A stretch of DNA of 64,000 nt from an uncultured delta proteobacterium (GCA_963715335.1 CAVQRZ010000014.1:170968-234967); one strand, 5' to 3'; shown: positions 18,856-31,827, counted from the first letter of the stretch. A program made the numbers and translations. Notes: a model not told the origin generated them from the letters alone.

Positions 18856-18971
18856 GCCACCAGGTCGCAAAGACACGAAAACCACACATTAAAGTGTTGG
18901 CGTTATAAAAATCGAAGTGAGAAAATTTCTGAGCCGGTCTGGCTGTCTTGGTGTCTCCGTGCCTTGGTGGC
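18856..18971. repeat. Short inverted element with ~8-nt periodic arms, between rimM and trmD
   Basis: GCCACCAGGTCGCAAAGACACGAAAA ... TCTTGGTGTCTCCGTGCCTTGGTGGC. Confidence 0.7.
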
Positions 18972-19008
18972 TCCAACCACCCTTTAACCCTGTTGCAGTG
19001 ATAAACTT

Positions 19009-19753
19009 ATGCGTTTCGATATCCTGACTCTTTTCCCGGCCATGTTTGAAGGCCCTTTCCAGGCGAGTATCCTCGGCAAGGCGGTTGACAAGGGGTTGAT
19101 CACTGTCAACCTGCACAACTTGCGCGATTGGGCGGAAGGCCGGCACCAGGTAACGGATGACACCCCTTACGGCGGCGGTGACGGCATGGTCATGAAGGTT
19201 GATCCGATCGCCCTTGCCCTGGCCGACCTGAAAAAGCAGACCCCGCAATCCCGCGTCCTGCTCATGTCGCCGCAGGGACGACCTTTCCGGCAGACCGATG
19301 CCGAACGCTATAGCGAGGGAGTCCGGGTTGGTTTTTGTCTGCGGCCGTTACGAGGGCTACGACGAGAGGGTCCGGTCACTGGTTGATGATGAAGTCTCCC
19401 TGGGTGATTTTGTCCTGACCGGCGGCGAATTGGCGGCGGCGGTGGTTCTCGATGCGACGGCACGCTTGGTGCCGGGAGTTCTCGGCGCTCCGGGCAGTGC
19501 CCTGACGGACAGTTTCAGCGATGGACTGCTCGAGTATCCGCAATACACGCGTCCGGCAGAATTCAACGGCATGTGCGTCCCTGAAGTCCTGCTCTCCGGC
19601 AACCACCAGGCGATTGCCCGGTGGCGACGCCGCGAACAGCTTCGACGCACCCTGGAGCGTCGACCGGAACTGCTTGATAAGGCCCCTTTGACCACCGACG
19701 ATCGACGTTTTCTCGAAGAGTTGCGGCTCTTGTCAGGAAAGCAGACCACGTAA
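19009..19753 (+). CDS. trmD: tRNA (guanine37-N1)-methyltransferase, split by one extra base near 19310
   Basis: [13 protein letters not shown] in one frame; [30 protein letters not shown] in the next frame. Confidence 0.93.
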
Positions 19754-20325
19754 TGCTCAAGCCGATGGCGATTGCTCTGGTGCACCACCCGGTCCTGGAC
19801 CGACGCGGTGATGTGGTGACGTCCGCGGTCACCAACCTGGACATCCATGATCTGGCCCGCCTGGCAACGACTTACGGCCTGTGCCGCTATTATATTGTGA
19901 CTCCCGCCGTTGAACAGCAACTCCTTACCGCCCGGATTGTCAAGCATTGGCAGGAAGGGTATGGCGCCAGCTACAACCCTGACCGGCGTCGCGCCCTCGA
20001 CTGCCTGCAGGTGATGAATAGCCTTGATGCTGCCTTTGCAGACTGGTACTCCCTGAATGGACAGGAAGGGGTCGTCGTCCTGACCGGTGCCGGCCACGAG
20101 AACGGCATCGACTACGCGGACGCGAGAGGGCTGGCTGCACGACAGCCCGTGTTGCTGGTCTTCGGTACCGGACATGGTTTGGCCAAGGAGCTGTACACGT
20201 CTGAACGTCCCTGCCTGGCCCCGGTTCGGGCTGGTCGTTACAATCATCTCTCTGTGCGCACTGCTGCCGCGGTTGTCATCGACCGGTTGCTCGGCGAACA
20301 GGATTCGACCCAGCCCCTGCCATAG
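19753..20325 (+). CDS. SPOUT-family RNA methyltransferase (trmD-associated)
   Basis: ALVHHPV...TNLDIHDLAR...FGTGHGL...YNHLSVR. Confidence 0.88.
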   Translation: MLKPMAIALVHHPVLDRRGDVVTSAVTNLDIHDLARLATTYGLCRYYIVTPAVEQQLLTARIVKHWQEGYGASYNPDRRRALDCLQVMNSLDAAFADWYSLNGQEGVVVLTGAGHENGIDYADARGLAARQPVLLVFGTGHGLAKELYTSERPCLAPVRAGRYNHLSVRTAAAVVIDRLLGEQDSTQPLP

Positions 20326-20399
20326 CCTCAGCAGTTTTCAAAGCGCCGTGCATGCCCGTATGGCATGAGGTACAATGCTTACACCTTGAAGGCTGGAGG

Positions 20400-21038
20400 A
20401 TGGATATGTTCAGGAGCCTGTTGCTTGCCGTTCTGGTGTCGTCCCTGTTTACGGCCTCTTCTGCCGCTGGCGGCATCACTGTTGCCAAGGACCTGGTCTT
20501 TACCCTCGATCCTGTCGACGGCTGGACGGTGTACCTGGCCGATCCGCCCGAGGCGCTGGTGCAGGAGATGGCTCGTCACGTCGCCCATGAACCTGCAGCA
20601 GCCAAAGCGACACCGGAGCAGATTGAGATAGTCGCCCGCAAGAGGCTGGCGACGAATGAAGCGATCGTCTACCATGCCTCCAGCGGTGCGCACCTCGATA
20701 TCGACTTCAGCCCGCTTGATGAAGGGGCGTCGGCTCCGAGCTCCGGGGCGCTGAAAAATTCTGCAGAATACGCCGCCCGCAGCCTGGCAATAGAGAATGA
20801 TGTGTCAGACGCTGTATGGGACGTCAAGGCAGTCAAGTTTGATGGTGCAGGGGACACATACCTGCTCTCGGTGAAATTTCTGAAACATGGCGTCCCGATG
20901 ATTTTCCGGGGCTACGTCGGTACGGTTGAAAGGTCCTGGTTCTTCCTCTATTTTACGGCTCCCGAAGATGCCCCGCGGGTCCTGCAGGAGATGGAGTCGA
21001 TGCTCGCAAACGCATCGATTCGTATTGTCGGGCCCTGA
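20400..21038 (+). CDS. Hypothetical secreted protein
   Basis: GGAGG before ATG; signal peptide MFRSLLLAVLVSSLFTASSAAG. Confidence 0.7.
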   Translation: MDMFRSLLLAVLVSSLFTASSAAGGITVAKDLVFTLDPVDGWTVYLADPPEALVQEMARHVAHEPAAAKATPEQIEIVARKRLATNEAIVYHASSGAHLDIDFSPLDEGASAPSSGALKNSAEYAARSLAIENDVSDAVWDVKAVKFDGAGDTYLLSVKFLKHGVPMIFRGYVGTVERSWFFLYFTAPEDAPRVLQEMESMLANASIRIVGP

Positions 21039-21189
21039 GATGATGCGAGCCGCAAAAGCCCGTCTCGACAAAGAGCTCGCAACGACGCCGCACAGCGCAG
21101 ATTGAAGGAAAAAAATCATTTTTTTGTCTTGACTCTTTTCTCTATAATACGGTAAATAAGCGGTTCGCTTATCTGAGGAGGCTAAAACG

Positions 21190-21537
21190 ATGAACGTTGT
21201 CAATTACATCGGCATGGAAAATATGAGGAAAGATATCCCCCAGTTCAAAGCAGGGGATACACTGCGTGTACACGTCAAGATCACTGAGGGCGACAAGCAG
21301 CGGATCCAGGTCTTTCAGGGCGTCTGCATCAAGCGTCGTAACAGCGGTGTCGGTTCGACCTTTACCGTACGCAAGGTCTCTAATGGCATGGGCGTAGAGA
21401 GGGTTTTCCCTCTGCACGGACCGGTCCTCGACAAGGTTGAGGTGATGACGGTCGGTCGGGTTCGTCGCGCCAAACTGTACTACCTGCGCAATTTGCAGGG
21501 CAAAGCCGCTCGTATCAAGGAAGTGCGCTTCCGCTAA
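21190..21537 (+). CDS. rplS: 50S ribosomal protein L19
   Basis: [25 protein letters not shown]. Confidence 0.98.
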   Translation: MNVVNYIGMENMRKDIPQFKAGDTLRVHVKITEGDKQRIQVFQGVCIKRRNSGVGSTFTVRKVSNGMGVERVFPLHGPVLDKVEVMTVGRVRRAKLYYLRNLQGKAARIKEVRFR

Positions 21538-21559
21538 GCGGGCAACACATAATCTTTTC

Positions 21560-21590
21560 AAGCCCCGGCCAATCGGTCGGGGCTTTTTTT
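21560..21590 (+). terminator. Rho-independent terminator after rplS
   Basis: AAGCCCCGGCC-AATC-GGTCGGGGCTTTTTTT. Confidence 0.85.
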
Positions 21591-21769
21591 GTCTGACATC
21601 CACGGTGCTTGCAGGGCCCTGCAAAAGATGACCATTGGGCTCCTGGATCGGGACGCCCAGACGCTGTTAATCCCTTTATTCCGTTGACCTGAGTCGGTAC
21701 TGGTGTAAACTGATAATATATTAATTTACCGATGTTTTTTAGGTCTGCGTAAGCTGGAGTAACTTTAAA

Positions 21770-21973
21770 ATGTCCATGAAAGTCGATGTCGAGTTAAAAG
21801 ATGGTGCGGTCTGTCAGATGGCCAAGCAGGCGTTTAATGTTTTTCTCTCTCTGGACCGGGTGGCCAGGTTCAGGCGATCTGACGGTTGGATTGTTGTCAG
21901 AACAGGGCCATTGAGAGACCTGGAGAAGGACAACGATTATCCTGCTCTTGCCGACCGCAGAACTGTCGTCTGA
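21770..21973 (+). CDS. Small protein, GSU3473-like family
   Basis: FRRSDGWIVV.GPLR...DRR pattern, seen in Geobacter-type small proteins. Confidence 0.7.
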   Translation: MSMKVDVELKDGAVCQMAKQAFNVFLSLDRVARFRRSDGWIVVRTGPLRDLEKDNDYPALADRRTVV

Positions 21974-22085
21974 GGTTGCCGGCTTTGCCGGGGATCCCTT
22001 AGCAGCGGATATTGCCGGTTTCTTTTTATTGAATTGCCCCGCCAATTCATGAATACTGTTGGCCAATCCTGCAAGGTCTTGGTCA

Positions 22086-22721
22086 ATGGAACTCTTCTCG
22101 GAAACACCACAATCACAGCTTTTCTTCGAGGCTCTGGCGCGGCGTCGCGGCTACCGTGCTGTTGCCGGCATCGATGAGGCCGGCCGCGGCCCTCTGGCCG
22201 GTCCGGTTGTCGCAGCCGCGGTGATCCTGCCGGAGAATTTTGACCTGCCCGGGCTGAATGATTCCAAGCAGATTTCCGAAAAAAAACGCAATCAACTCTT
22301 CCCGATGATTTGCGAGCAGGCCCTGGCTGTTGGCATAGGTGTCAGCCGGGCCGCTGAAATTGACCGGATCAACATCCTCCAGGCGACTCTGCTGGGGATG
22401 TCCCGCGCTGTGCAGCGCCTGCCGGTTGCACCGGATTTTCTTCTGGTCGACGGGATTACCCCCGTTCCTTTGGAGATTGAACAGAAGACACTGAAGAAGG
22501 GCGACTGCCGTTCACTTTCGATCGCCGCGGCATCGGTTGTCGCCAAGGTCGTGCGGGACCGCATCATGCTCACCTATGACCGGCTCTTCCCTGAGTACGG
22601 TTTCTCCGGCCACAAGGGCTATGGCAGTCAGAAACACCGCGAAGCTGTGGCCCTGTTTGGGCCGTGTGTCTGCCATCGGCGAACCTTCGCCGGGGTCAGG
22701 GAATACTGTGAAACGCCATGA
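22086..22721 (+). CDS. rnhB: Ribonuclease HII
   Basis: AGIDEAGRGPLAGPVVAAAV, DSKQI, SIAAASVVAKVVRD. Confidence 0.97.
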   Translation: MELFSETPQSQLFFEALARRRGYRAVAGIDEAGRGPLAGPVVAAAVILPENFDLPGLNDSKQISEKKRNQLFPMICEQALAVGIGVSRAAEIDRINILQATLLGMSRAVQRLPVAPDFLLVDGITPVPLEIEQKTLKKGDCRSLSIAAASVVAKVVRDRIMLTYDRLFPEYGFSGHKGYGSQKHREAVALFGPCVCHRRTFAGVREYCETP

Positions 22722-23080
22722 CTGAAGCAAGGCTGAGCCTGGGGCGCATGGGCGAAGATGCCGCTGCGCAGTACTTGCAGCGGCTTGGCATGACAATCCT
22801 GCAACGTAACCTCAACACGCCGGTCGGTGAGATCGACCTGGTCGCACGGCATCGGCGCACCCTGGTTTTCGTCGAGGTTAAGACCCGGCGCAGTTCGGCC
22901 TTCGGCTCTCCTGCTGAAGCTGTGGGCCCGCGCAAGCAGCGGCAGATCATCCGGGCGGCCAAGTGGTATCTGAACAACAGCCCGGGAAAAGGCCTGCAGC
23001 CACGTTTCGACGTAGTCTCGATCCTGGTCAAAGGCAGTGACCTCGAGGTTGAACACCTCCCCGGGGCTTTCGAAGCCTGA
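22718..23080 (+). CDS. yraN: YraN family (UPF0102) nuclease-fold protein
   Basis: GEDAAA.YL, GEIDLV, FVEVKTR, RFDVV. Confidence 0.93.
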   Translation: MTEARLSLGRMGEDAAAQYLQRLGMTILQRNLNTPVGEIDLVARHRRTLVFVEVKTRRSSAFGSPAEAVGPRKQRQIIRAAKWYLNNSPGKGLQPRFDVVSILVKGSDLEVEHLPGAFEA

Positions 23081-23207
23081 TTCTGCCGGTTGCCGAACTG
23101 TCCCCAAATGGACCGGGTCGTTTGTTCTGTTTGCTTTTCCCCCATTAGCCAATTAAAATAGTAGTTCTTTCAGTTATTTCCATTACCTGACTTGCCGATT
23201 CAAGGAG

Positions 23208-25184
23208 TTGCCAGTGTCAATGTTGCTGCGGGAAATGGGTATGATCAGGGTTGCGGCGGTCTCACCAGCGCTAAAAGTTGCCGATGTTGACTTCAACCTG
23301 GCCGCTATTGAAGAGGCAACCCTGCAGGCTGCTGACCAGGGGGCGCAGCTGGTGGTCTTCCCCGAGCTGTCCCTGACCGGCTATTCGTGCGGTGATCTGT
23401 TTTACCAGCAGAGCCTGCTTGAACGGGTCCGTGAGGGGCTCAACACCCTGACCACCCTGAGTGACCAGACCGGGATGATCCTGATTGTCGGCGCACCGGT
23501 CCGCCAGTCCGGGCGATTGTTCAACGCGGCCGTTGTCATGAGCCATGGACGAATTTGTGGCGTGGTGCCGAAAACCTACTTGCCGAACACCCAGGAGTTC
23601 TATGAGGAACGCTGGTTCTCAAGCGCCCTAGATCTGGTCGATGACCAGCTGGCCTGGCTCGAAGAAGCCCCGCCGTTCGGTACCGACCTGCTGTTTGACG
23701 TAGATGGCATGCCGGACTGCCTGTTCGGCATCGAAATCTGCGAAGATGCCTGGGTGGCCAGCCCCCCGAGTGGCGCCATGGCCTCTGCCGGTGCGACCCT
23801 GCTGATCAACCTGTCTGCGAGTCCCGAGATCCTGGGGAAATGCGATTATCGCCGGGCCCTGGTCCAGGCACAGTCGGCGCGCTGTCTGGCCGCGTATGTT
23901 TACGCATCGGCCGGGCCGGGTGAATCGAGTACCGACCTGGTTTTCTCCGGGCATTCACTGATCGCGGAATACGGTCAAATTCTTGATGAAACCGAACGTT
24001 TCCAGTTTACCAGCCAGATCGCCATTGCCGATATTGACATCCAGCGGCTGGTCCACGAGCGCTTGCGCAACAACAGCTTTGCCGCCTGCCAGGCGGAGCA
24101 GGACTTTTTGCTGGTGCCGGTCGAGGTCACGGTGCGTGATGCAGACAAACTGCTCAGGCCAATGACCAAGACCCCTTTCGTTCCGGGGGGCACCGTCGAA
24201 CGGCAGACCCGCTGTGAAGAAATCTTTGCCATCCAGACAACGGGTTTGATGAAACGCCTGATGCATACCGGCAGCCAGAAGGCCTTGGTGGGGATTTCCG
24301 GTGGCCTCGACTCGACCCTGGCCCTGTTGGTGACAATCAAAGCTTTCGATCGCCTTGGCTGGTCCAGGGGCGATATCCTGGCTATAACGATGCCCGGTTT
24401 CGGGACCACCGACAGGACCCGGGGGAACGCAGCGACCCTTGCTGGTGAGCTGGGTGTCAGTCTCCGCACAATCAGTATTGATGCCGCCGTCCATCAACAC
24501 TTTGCCGATATCGGTCAAGACCCCGGGAACCACGACATCACCTACGAGAATTCCCAGGCCCGCGAGCGGACCCAGATCCTCATGGACCTGGCGAACCAGG
24601 TCGGCGGCCTGGTCATCGGTACCGGCGACCTGTCGGAGCTGGCGCTCGGTTGGGCCACCTACAACGGCGATCACATGTCTATGTACGGGGTCAATTCGTC
24701 AGTTCCGAAAACGCTCGTGCGTTATCTGATCGAATGGTGCGCCGAGGCCGAATTCAGCGGCAGAGCGGCAGACGTCCTGCGCGATATCTGCGCGACCCCG
24801 GTTTCCCCTGAATTGCTGCCACCGGATGAATCCGGCGAGATTGCTCAGAAGACCGAGGACCATGTCGGCCCCTACGACCTGCACGATTTCTTCCTCTTCC
24901 ATGTGGTTCGCAACCAGTTTGCCCCGCGCAAGATACTGGAACTTGCTTCACGGGCGTTTGTGGAAGACTACCCACGGGACGAGATCCTGAAGTGGCTGAA
25001 GCTTTTCTACCGCCGCTTCTTCTCCCAGCAATTCAAGAGGTCCTGCCTGCCTGACGGTCCCAAGGTCGGCACGGTTTCCCTGTCGCCCCGTGGGGACTGG
25101 CGCATGCCGAGTGATGCCAGCGCTGCACTGTGGCTCGCTGAACTCGACCAGCTTGCTGCCGGAAAGAAAAGGAAGGGCTCCTGA
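23208..25184 (+). CDS. nadE: Glutamine-dependent NAD+ synthetase
   Basis: Nitrilase domain ([14 protein letters not shown]) plus [27 protein letters not shown]. Confidence 0.95.
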   Translation: MPVSMLLREMGMIRVAAVSPALKVADVDFNLAAIEEATLQAADQGAQLVVFPELSLTGYSCGDLFYQQSLLERVREGLNTLTTLSDQTGMILIVGAPVRQSGRLFNAAVVMSHGRICGVVPKTYLPNTQEFYEERWFSSALDLVDDQLAWLEEAPPFGTDLLFDVDGMPDCLFGIEICEDAWVASPPSGAMASAGATLLINLSASPEILGKCDYRRALVQAQSARCLAAYVYASAGPGESSTDLVFSGHSLIAEYGQILDETERFQFTSQIAIADIDIQRLVHERLRNNSFAACQAEQDFLLVPVEVTVRDADKLLRPMTKTPFVPGGTVERQTRCEEIFAIQTTGLMKRLMHTGSQKALVGISGGLDSTLALLVTIKAFDRLGWSRGDILAITMPGFGTTDRTRGNAATLAGELGVSLRTISIDAAVHQHFADIGQDPGNHDITYENSQARERTQILMDLANQVGGLVIGTGDLSELALGWATYNGDHMSMYGVNSSVPKTLVRYLIEWCAEAEFSGRAADVLRDICATPVSPELLPPDESGEIAQKTEDHVGPYDLHDFFLFHVVRNQFAPRKILELASRAFVEDYPRDEILKWLKLFYRRFFSQQFKRSCLPDGPKVGTVSLSPRGDWRMPSDASAALWLAELDQLAAGKKRKGS

Positions 25185-25189
25185 CCGTT

Positions 25190-26053
25190 ATGCAGGAAGG
25201 GCAGGGCAAACAGGTCCCGGGCACGCTCTACGTGGTGGCGACACCGATCGGCAACCTCGAAGACATCACCTATCGGGCGGTATCAACCCTCGGTGACGTT
25301 GACCTGGTGGTTGCAGAGGATACCCGTCACAGTCGCAAACTCCTCGATCGTTTCGGTATCCGCAAGCCGTTGTTGTCATACCACGACCATAACGAGCGGC
25401 AGCGGTACGGAGAAATCCTGGAACGCCTGCAGGCCGGTGAAAATGTTGCCCTGATCAGCGACGCCGGGACACCTTGTATCGCGGATCCCGGTTATCGCCT
25501 GATCGCCTCCTGCAGGGGTGCCGGCGTGCCGGTAGTGCCGATCCCTGGAGCGTCGGCCCTGGTCGCGGCGCTCAGTGCCTGCGGAGTGGCAACCGATCGT
25601 TTCGCTTTTGAAGGTTACCTGCCAGCGCGCGCCAAGGCGCGCACCGACCTGCTCAAACGCCTGGCTGGTGAACAGCGCACCTTGGTCTTCTACGAGACTC
25701 CGCACCGGTTGACGGCCGCTCTGAACGACCTGGCGCAGGTTTTAGGCGGAGAGCGTTCGCTGGTTGTTGCCAGAGAAATGACCAAGATGCACGAGGAGTT
25801 TTTTCACGGCACGGTAGATGACGCTGTCGCACACTTTTCGCGACAACCGGTGAAAGGCGAGATCGTTCTGATCCTTCCGCCAAGCGCCGAGGGTCCGCAG
25901 ATGAATGCGCGTGATGCCTTGCGCGACCTGCTGGATGAAAAAAGCCTGTCACGTCGCGACGCTGTCAAGGTGATCGCCAAGGAATATGGTCTGCCTGTCA
26001 GTGATGTGTACCGGGAAAGTCTCACTCTGACAGAAGAAGACAGGGCAGACTGA
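25190..26053 (+). CDS. rsmI: 16S rRNA C1402 2'-O-methyltransferase
   Basis: LYVVATPIGNLEDIT, SDAGTP, FYETPHR, REMTKMHEE. Confidence 0.96.
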   Translation: MQEGQGKQVPGTLYVVATPIGNLEDITYRAVSTLGDVDLVVAEDTRHSRKLLDRFGIRKPLLSYHDHNERQRYGEILERLQAGENVALISDAGTPCIADPGYRLIASCRGAGVPVVPIPGASALVAALSACGVATDRFAFEGYLPARAKARTDLLKRLAGEQRTLVFYETPHRLTAALNDLAQVLGGERSLVVAREMTKMHEEFFHGTVDDAVAHFSRQPVKGEIVLILPPSAEGPQMNARDALRDLLDEKSLSRRDAVKVIAKEYGLPVSDVYRESLTLTEEDRAD

Positions 26054-26276
26054 CGGCAACCGGGTCGCGCCACGCGACGATCCTCAGCTCGTCCAGGGCC
26101 GTGACGTGTCTGCATCAGGATACCCGGTACCCGGTCATTTCGCATATGCTCCTGCCCATGATTGTCAGCACCTCCTCCCGCCAACGCGGAAACCTGGATT
26201 CCCGGTAAAAAAGACACCTGTCCAATCCGCCGGAATCTATCCGTTTTTATCTTATCTTATAGCGCTGCCGATGAAT

Positions 26277-26292
26277 TGGAACGCCCCTTGCT
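26277..26292 (+). promoter_or_regulatory. Sigma54 (-24/-12) promoter
   Basis: TGGAACG-CCCC-TTGCT matches TGGCACG-N4-TTGCW; about 70 nt upstream of the 26361 ORF. Confidence 0.65.
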
Positions 26293-26360
26293 CTTGTTCT
26301 CTGTGAACAGCAGACGACAGAGCTGCAGAACTGAATGCAGTTCAGGAGTGGAGGCGGCCC

Positions 26361-27113
26361 ATGTTTTTCACCAAACGAGTGATGATTGTCGCAGCGCTGG
26401 CAGGTTGCCTGGCCTCTCCAACCCTGGCCGATGAGATCGTCTCGCTAAAAGGGGGCTATTACAAGCTTGAGCCCTCCGGAGATGTTGGTGTCGGCGGAGA
26501 CGCCCTGGACATCGAAGGTGACCTGGGGATCGATGACGACGACGGTTTCTTCGCCGAAGCAGCTTTTCAGTTGGGGGGGGTTCGACTCTTTGCCAGCTAC
26601 ATGCCGATGAGCTTCAGCGGGTCAAGCGTCCTGTCCCGGGACATCGATTTCAACGGTGAAACTTTCGTCGCAGGGCAACGAATTGACAGTGATATAGATA
26701 TCGATATCTACGAAGCCGGCCTGGCCTGGTTCCTGATCAATATGGACGACCTGCCGCTGCGGATTCAGTTCGGTCCGGAAGTGGCGATAAAGTACATCGA
26801 TACCCGGGTCGAACTGCAAGAGAAGGGGCTTGCCACGCAAGAGTCAGAGAGCGTCGGTGTGCCGATCCCGTCTTTGGGAGCGAGAGCCCGCATCGGCATC
26901 GCCGATTATCTCGGTTTGGTCGGTCGGGTAGGTTACATGGAGTATCATGGCAACAGCTTAACGGATATCGATGCCCAGGTGGAATATTCACCGATTCCCA
27001 TGGTGGCAATTTTCGCCGGCTACCGGCATCTGGATATGGATATTGATGAAGATGGTGTTCTGATTGATGCAAAATTCTCCGGTCCGCACGCCGGAGCGCT
27101 GATCCGCTTCTGA
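26361..27113 (+). CDS. Outer-membrane beta-barrel protein
   Basis: Signal peptide, amphipathic strands, C-terminal LIRF. Confidence 0.75.
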   Translation: MFFTKRVMIVAALAGCLASPTLADEIVSLKGGYYKLEPSGDVGVGGDALDIEGDLGIDDDDGFFAEAAFQLGGVRLFASYMPMSFSGSSVLSRDIDFNGETFVAGQRIDSDIDIDIYEAGLAWFLINMDDLPLRIQFGPEVAIKYIDTRVELQEKGLATQESESVGVPIPSLGARARIGIADYLGLVGRVGYMEYHGNSLTDIDAQVEYSPIPMVAIFAGYRHLDMDIDEDGVLIDAKFSGPHAGALIRF

Positions 27114-27142
27114 TTGATTGCCTCCTTCAGTCATGGGTCGAG

Positions 27143-27174
27143 AAAAGAGCAGCCGCTTGGCTGCTCTTTTTTTT
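27143..27174. terminator. Bidirectional terminator between convergent genes
   Basis: AAAAGAGCAGCC-GCTT-GGCTGCTCTTTTTTTT. Confidence 0.85.
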
Positions 27175-27193
27175 GACCCCGGCGGAGGTTTGT

Positions 27194-29637
<2,444 letters not shown>

Positions 29638-29639
29638 CT

Positions 29640-30058
29640 AAAACCAAAACCGGCGGGTCGCGTCCCGCCCGACGCCATACTTTTGTCCGGCAACAAAAGT
29701 ATGCAAAAGTGCCTTTCTCCTTGCGGAGGGCATCTCCTCTGCGGGATTTCTATGACCTCAACAGACATGCTGTAAGAGGATCCGGCCCTGTGTCAAAGGG
29801 CCTGACCTTTCCGTGTGACTTACAAGGGAAAAGCCAAAACATACCTCTACCTACGCAAGCCTCCACAGCAGGAGAGGCTCTCAAGAGCCTCGGCTCCTGC
29901 GGGGGAAGCGTAGACTCTTGATCGTTTAGAACAATCCGGATTGAGGTTGCCGCCCTTCCGAACCAGACATGCCCAGCGCAGCGCAGGCCCTTTTCTGCTT
30001 ACTCTTTTAGGCCAGTAAAAGAGTAAGGCGCAGTCGGGGGGCGCAACCCCCGGGTTTT
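29640..30058 (-). repeat. Dispersed structured element, copy B (full length, inverted relative to A)
   Basis: Reverse complement is colinear with 2478-2899 over its whole length. Confidence 0.9.
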
Positions 30059-30280
30059 AAGTTTTGCTCTTCGAGTTTTAGTGTTTTGAGTGAAATTATC
30101 AATCCGGTGGTGCTGCTACATCAGAAATGCTGACCTCATGCAACGTGGTCGTATGTCGGGACATACCCCATATTCATTCTCACTTCTCCACATAACCAAT
30201 TGTTTTTCCAGCCACTGTCAGTTATATTCTCTCAAAACCACAAATAATCAGTCCCAGCCTGAAACGGACAATTATATACC

Positions 30281-31528
30281 ATGACCCAGGATCAGTGGCT
30301 GCACATCGTCGGCCTGTTCTTTCTCTTCATCTTTTCGGCGTTTTTCTCCGGTTCGGAAACCGCGCTGATGTCGATGGACACGTTGCGTGTCAAATATCTC
30401 GCCGAAAAGAACCGGCCGGGAGCGCGCATGCTGGCCGAAATTCTTGCGCGGCCCGACAAGCTTCTGGGCGCGATACTGGTAGGCAATAACCTTGTCAATA
30501 TCATGGTGTCGGTGTTTGCCACCACGCTTTTCATCGATTTCTTCGGCCAACGCGGCGAACTCTTGACCATCATCGTCCTGACGCCACTGCTGCTGATCTT
30601 TGCCGAAGTTTGCCCGAAAACCTACGCAGCACAGTATCCCGAAAAGATATCGTTTGCGATCCTTCATCCGATTCGTTTCTTCATCTGGCTGCTTCGGCCC
30701 GTGACGTGGCTGGTAGGGGGCTTTTCAAAGCTGCTGATCCATTTTCTACATGGCGAAGCCGATCGGCCCCCGATCTCCCAGGACGAGATCCGCTCGATCA
30801 TCGAATACGGTGAACACGCCGGTGCTGTCGGCAAGGAGAAACGCCGCATGCTGCACGGCGTGATTGACCTTTCCGAAATACGGGTCCGCGATGTCATGGT
30901 GCCACGTACCGAGGTGGTGGGCATTGAAGTCAATACGGGCTTTTCAGAAGTCGTCAAGTTGATGGCACGGGCCCACCACTCACGCTTTCCGGTCTATGAA
31001 GGGGACCTGGACCGTGTCGTCGGAATCATTCACTCCAAGGAAGTCCTCAACTATCTTGATCGACCGGATGAGTTTTCTCTGAGCGGGTTGGCCCGTACGC
31101 CGTATTTTGTTCCCGAAGCCAAGCCGATTGAGGCGCTGATGCAGGCGTTCCGCACCAAACACCTGCACCTCGCAGTCGTCGTCGACGAGTATGGCGGGGT
31201 CGAAGGAATCTGCACGCTTGAAGATATCGTCGAGGAGATTGTCGGCGAGATCCAGGACGAGTATGATGAAGAGGAAATTCTCGTCACGAAGCTCGACCCC
31301 GGCCTGTACCTGGTCGATGGCAGCACTGCTATCCGCTACATCAACCGGCGCTTTGGCCTGACCCTCTCGGAAGAGCACGTCAATACCCTGGCCGGTTTCC
31401 TGTTGCGGGCGCTTGGCAGTATTCCCGAAGAAGGTGATGTCTGTGAGGTGGCTGGTGCCATTTTTACAGTGCGCGAGGTTGTTGACCGCCGCATCGAGAA
31501 AATTGAAATGCAGGTTCCTGCAGGATAG
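30281..31528 (+). CDS. HlyC/CorC (CNNM/DUF21-CBS-CorC) family transporter
   Basis: SAFFSGSETA, AEVCPK, VMVPR, HSRFPV, VDEYGG. Confidence 0.92.
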   Translation: MTQDQWLHIVGLFFLFIFSAFFSGSETALMSMDTLRVKYLAEKNRPGARMLAEILARPDKLLGAILVGNNLVNIMVSVFATTLFIDFFGQRGELLTIIVLTPLLLIFAEVCPKTYAAQYPEKISFAILHPIRFFIWLLRPVTWLVGGFSKLLIHFLHGEADRPPISQDEIRSIIEYGEHAGAVGKEKRRMLHGVIDLSEIRVRDVMVPRTEVVGIEVNTGFSEVVKLMARAHHSRFPVYEGDLDRVVGIIHSKEVLNYLDRPDEFSLSGLARTPYFVPEAKPIEALMQAFRTKHLHLAVVVDEYGGVEGICTLEDIVEEIVGEIQDEYDEEEILVTKLDPGLYLVDGSTAIRYINRRFGLTLSEEHVNTLAGFLLRALGSIPEEGDVCEVAGAIFTVREVVDRRIEKIEMQVPAG

Positions 31529-31751
31529 AAGAGGCCAGCTTTAAGGCTGGACGGATTTTGAACTTTATATCTTTGCGGCGTTTCCTGCTTCATGCAATTT
31601 GTTAGCTTTTTCTCCTATCTCATTGAAAAATAGGGCCTTGTCCCCTCCGCTGTTCGCGAAAGGCCCTTGCCGGCCCCGTTCTCGGCACATCAGGAAGCTC
31701 TTTTCTGACCTCCACAAAATGACCTAACCCCTTAGAAAATTGAAATATTTC

Positions 31752-31780
31752 TTGACAGCTGAGAGCTCTGCGACTATATT
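31752..31780 (+). promoter_or_regulatory. Sigma70 promoter of the dcw cluster
   Basis: TTGACA-17nt-TATATT upstream of mraZ. Confidence 0.65.
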
Positions 31781-31827
31781 TGCCCAGAAGGTGGTGAATA
31801 GTGTATTTTTAGGCCAAAGAGGGCCAA

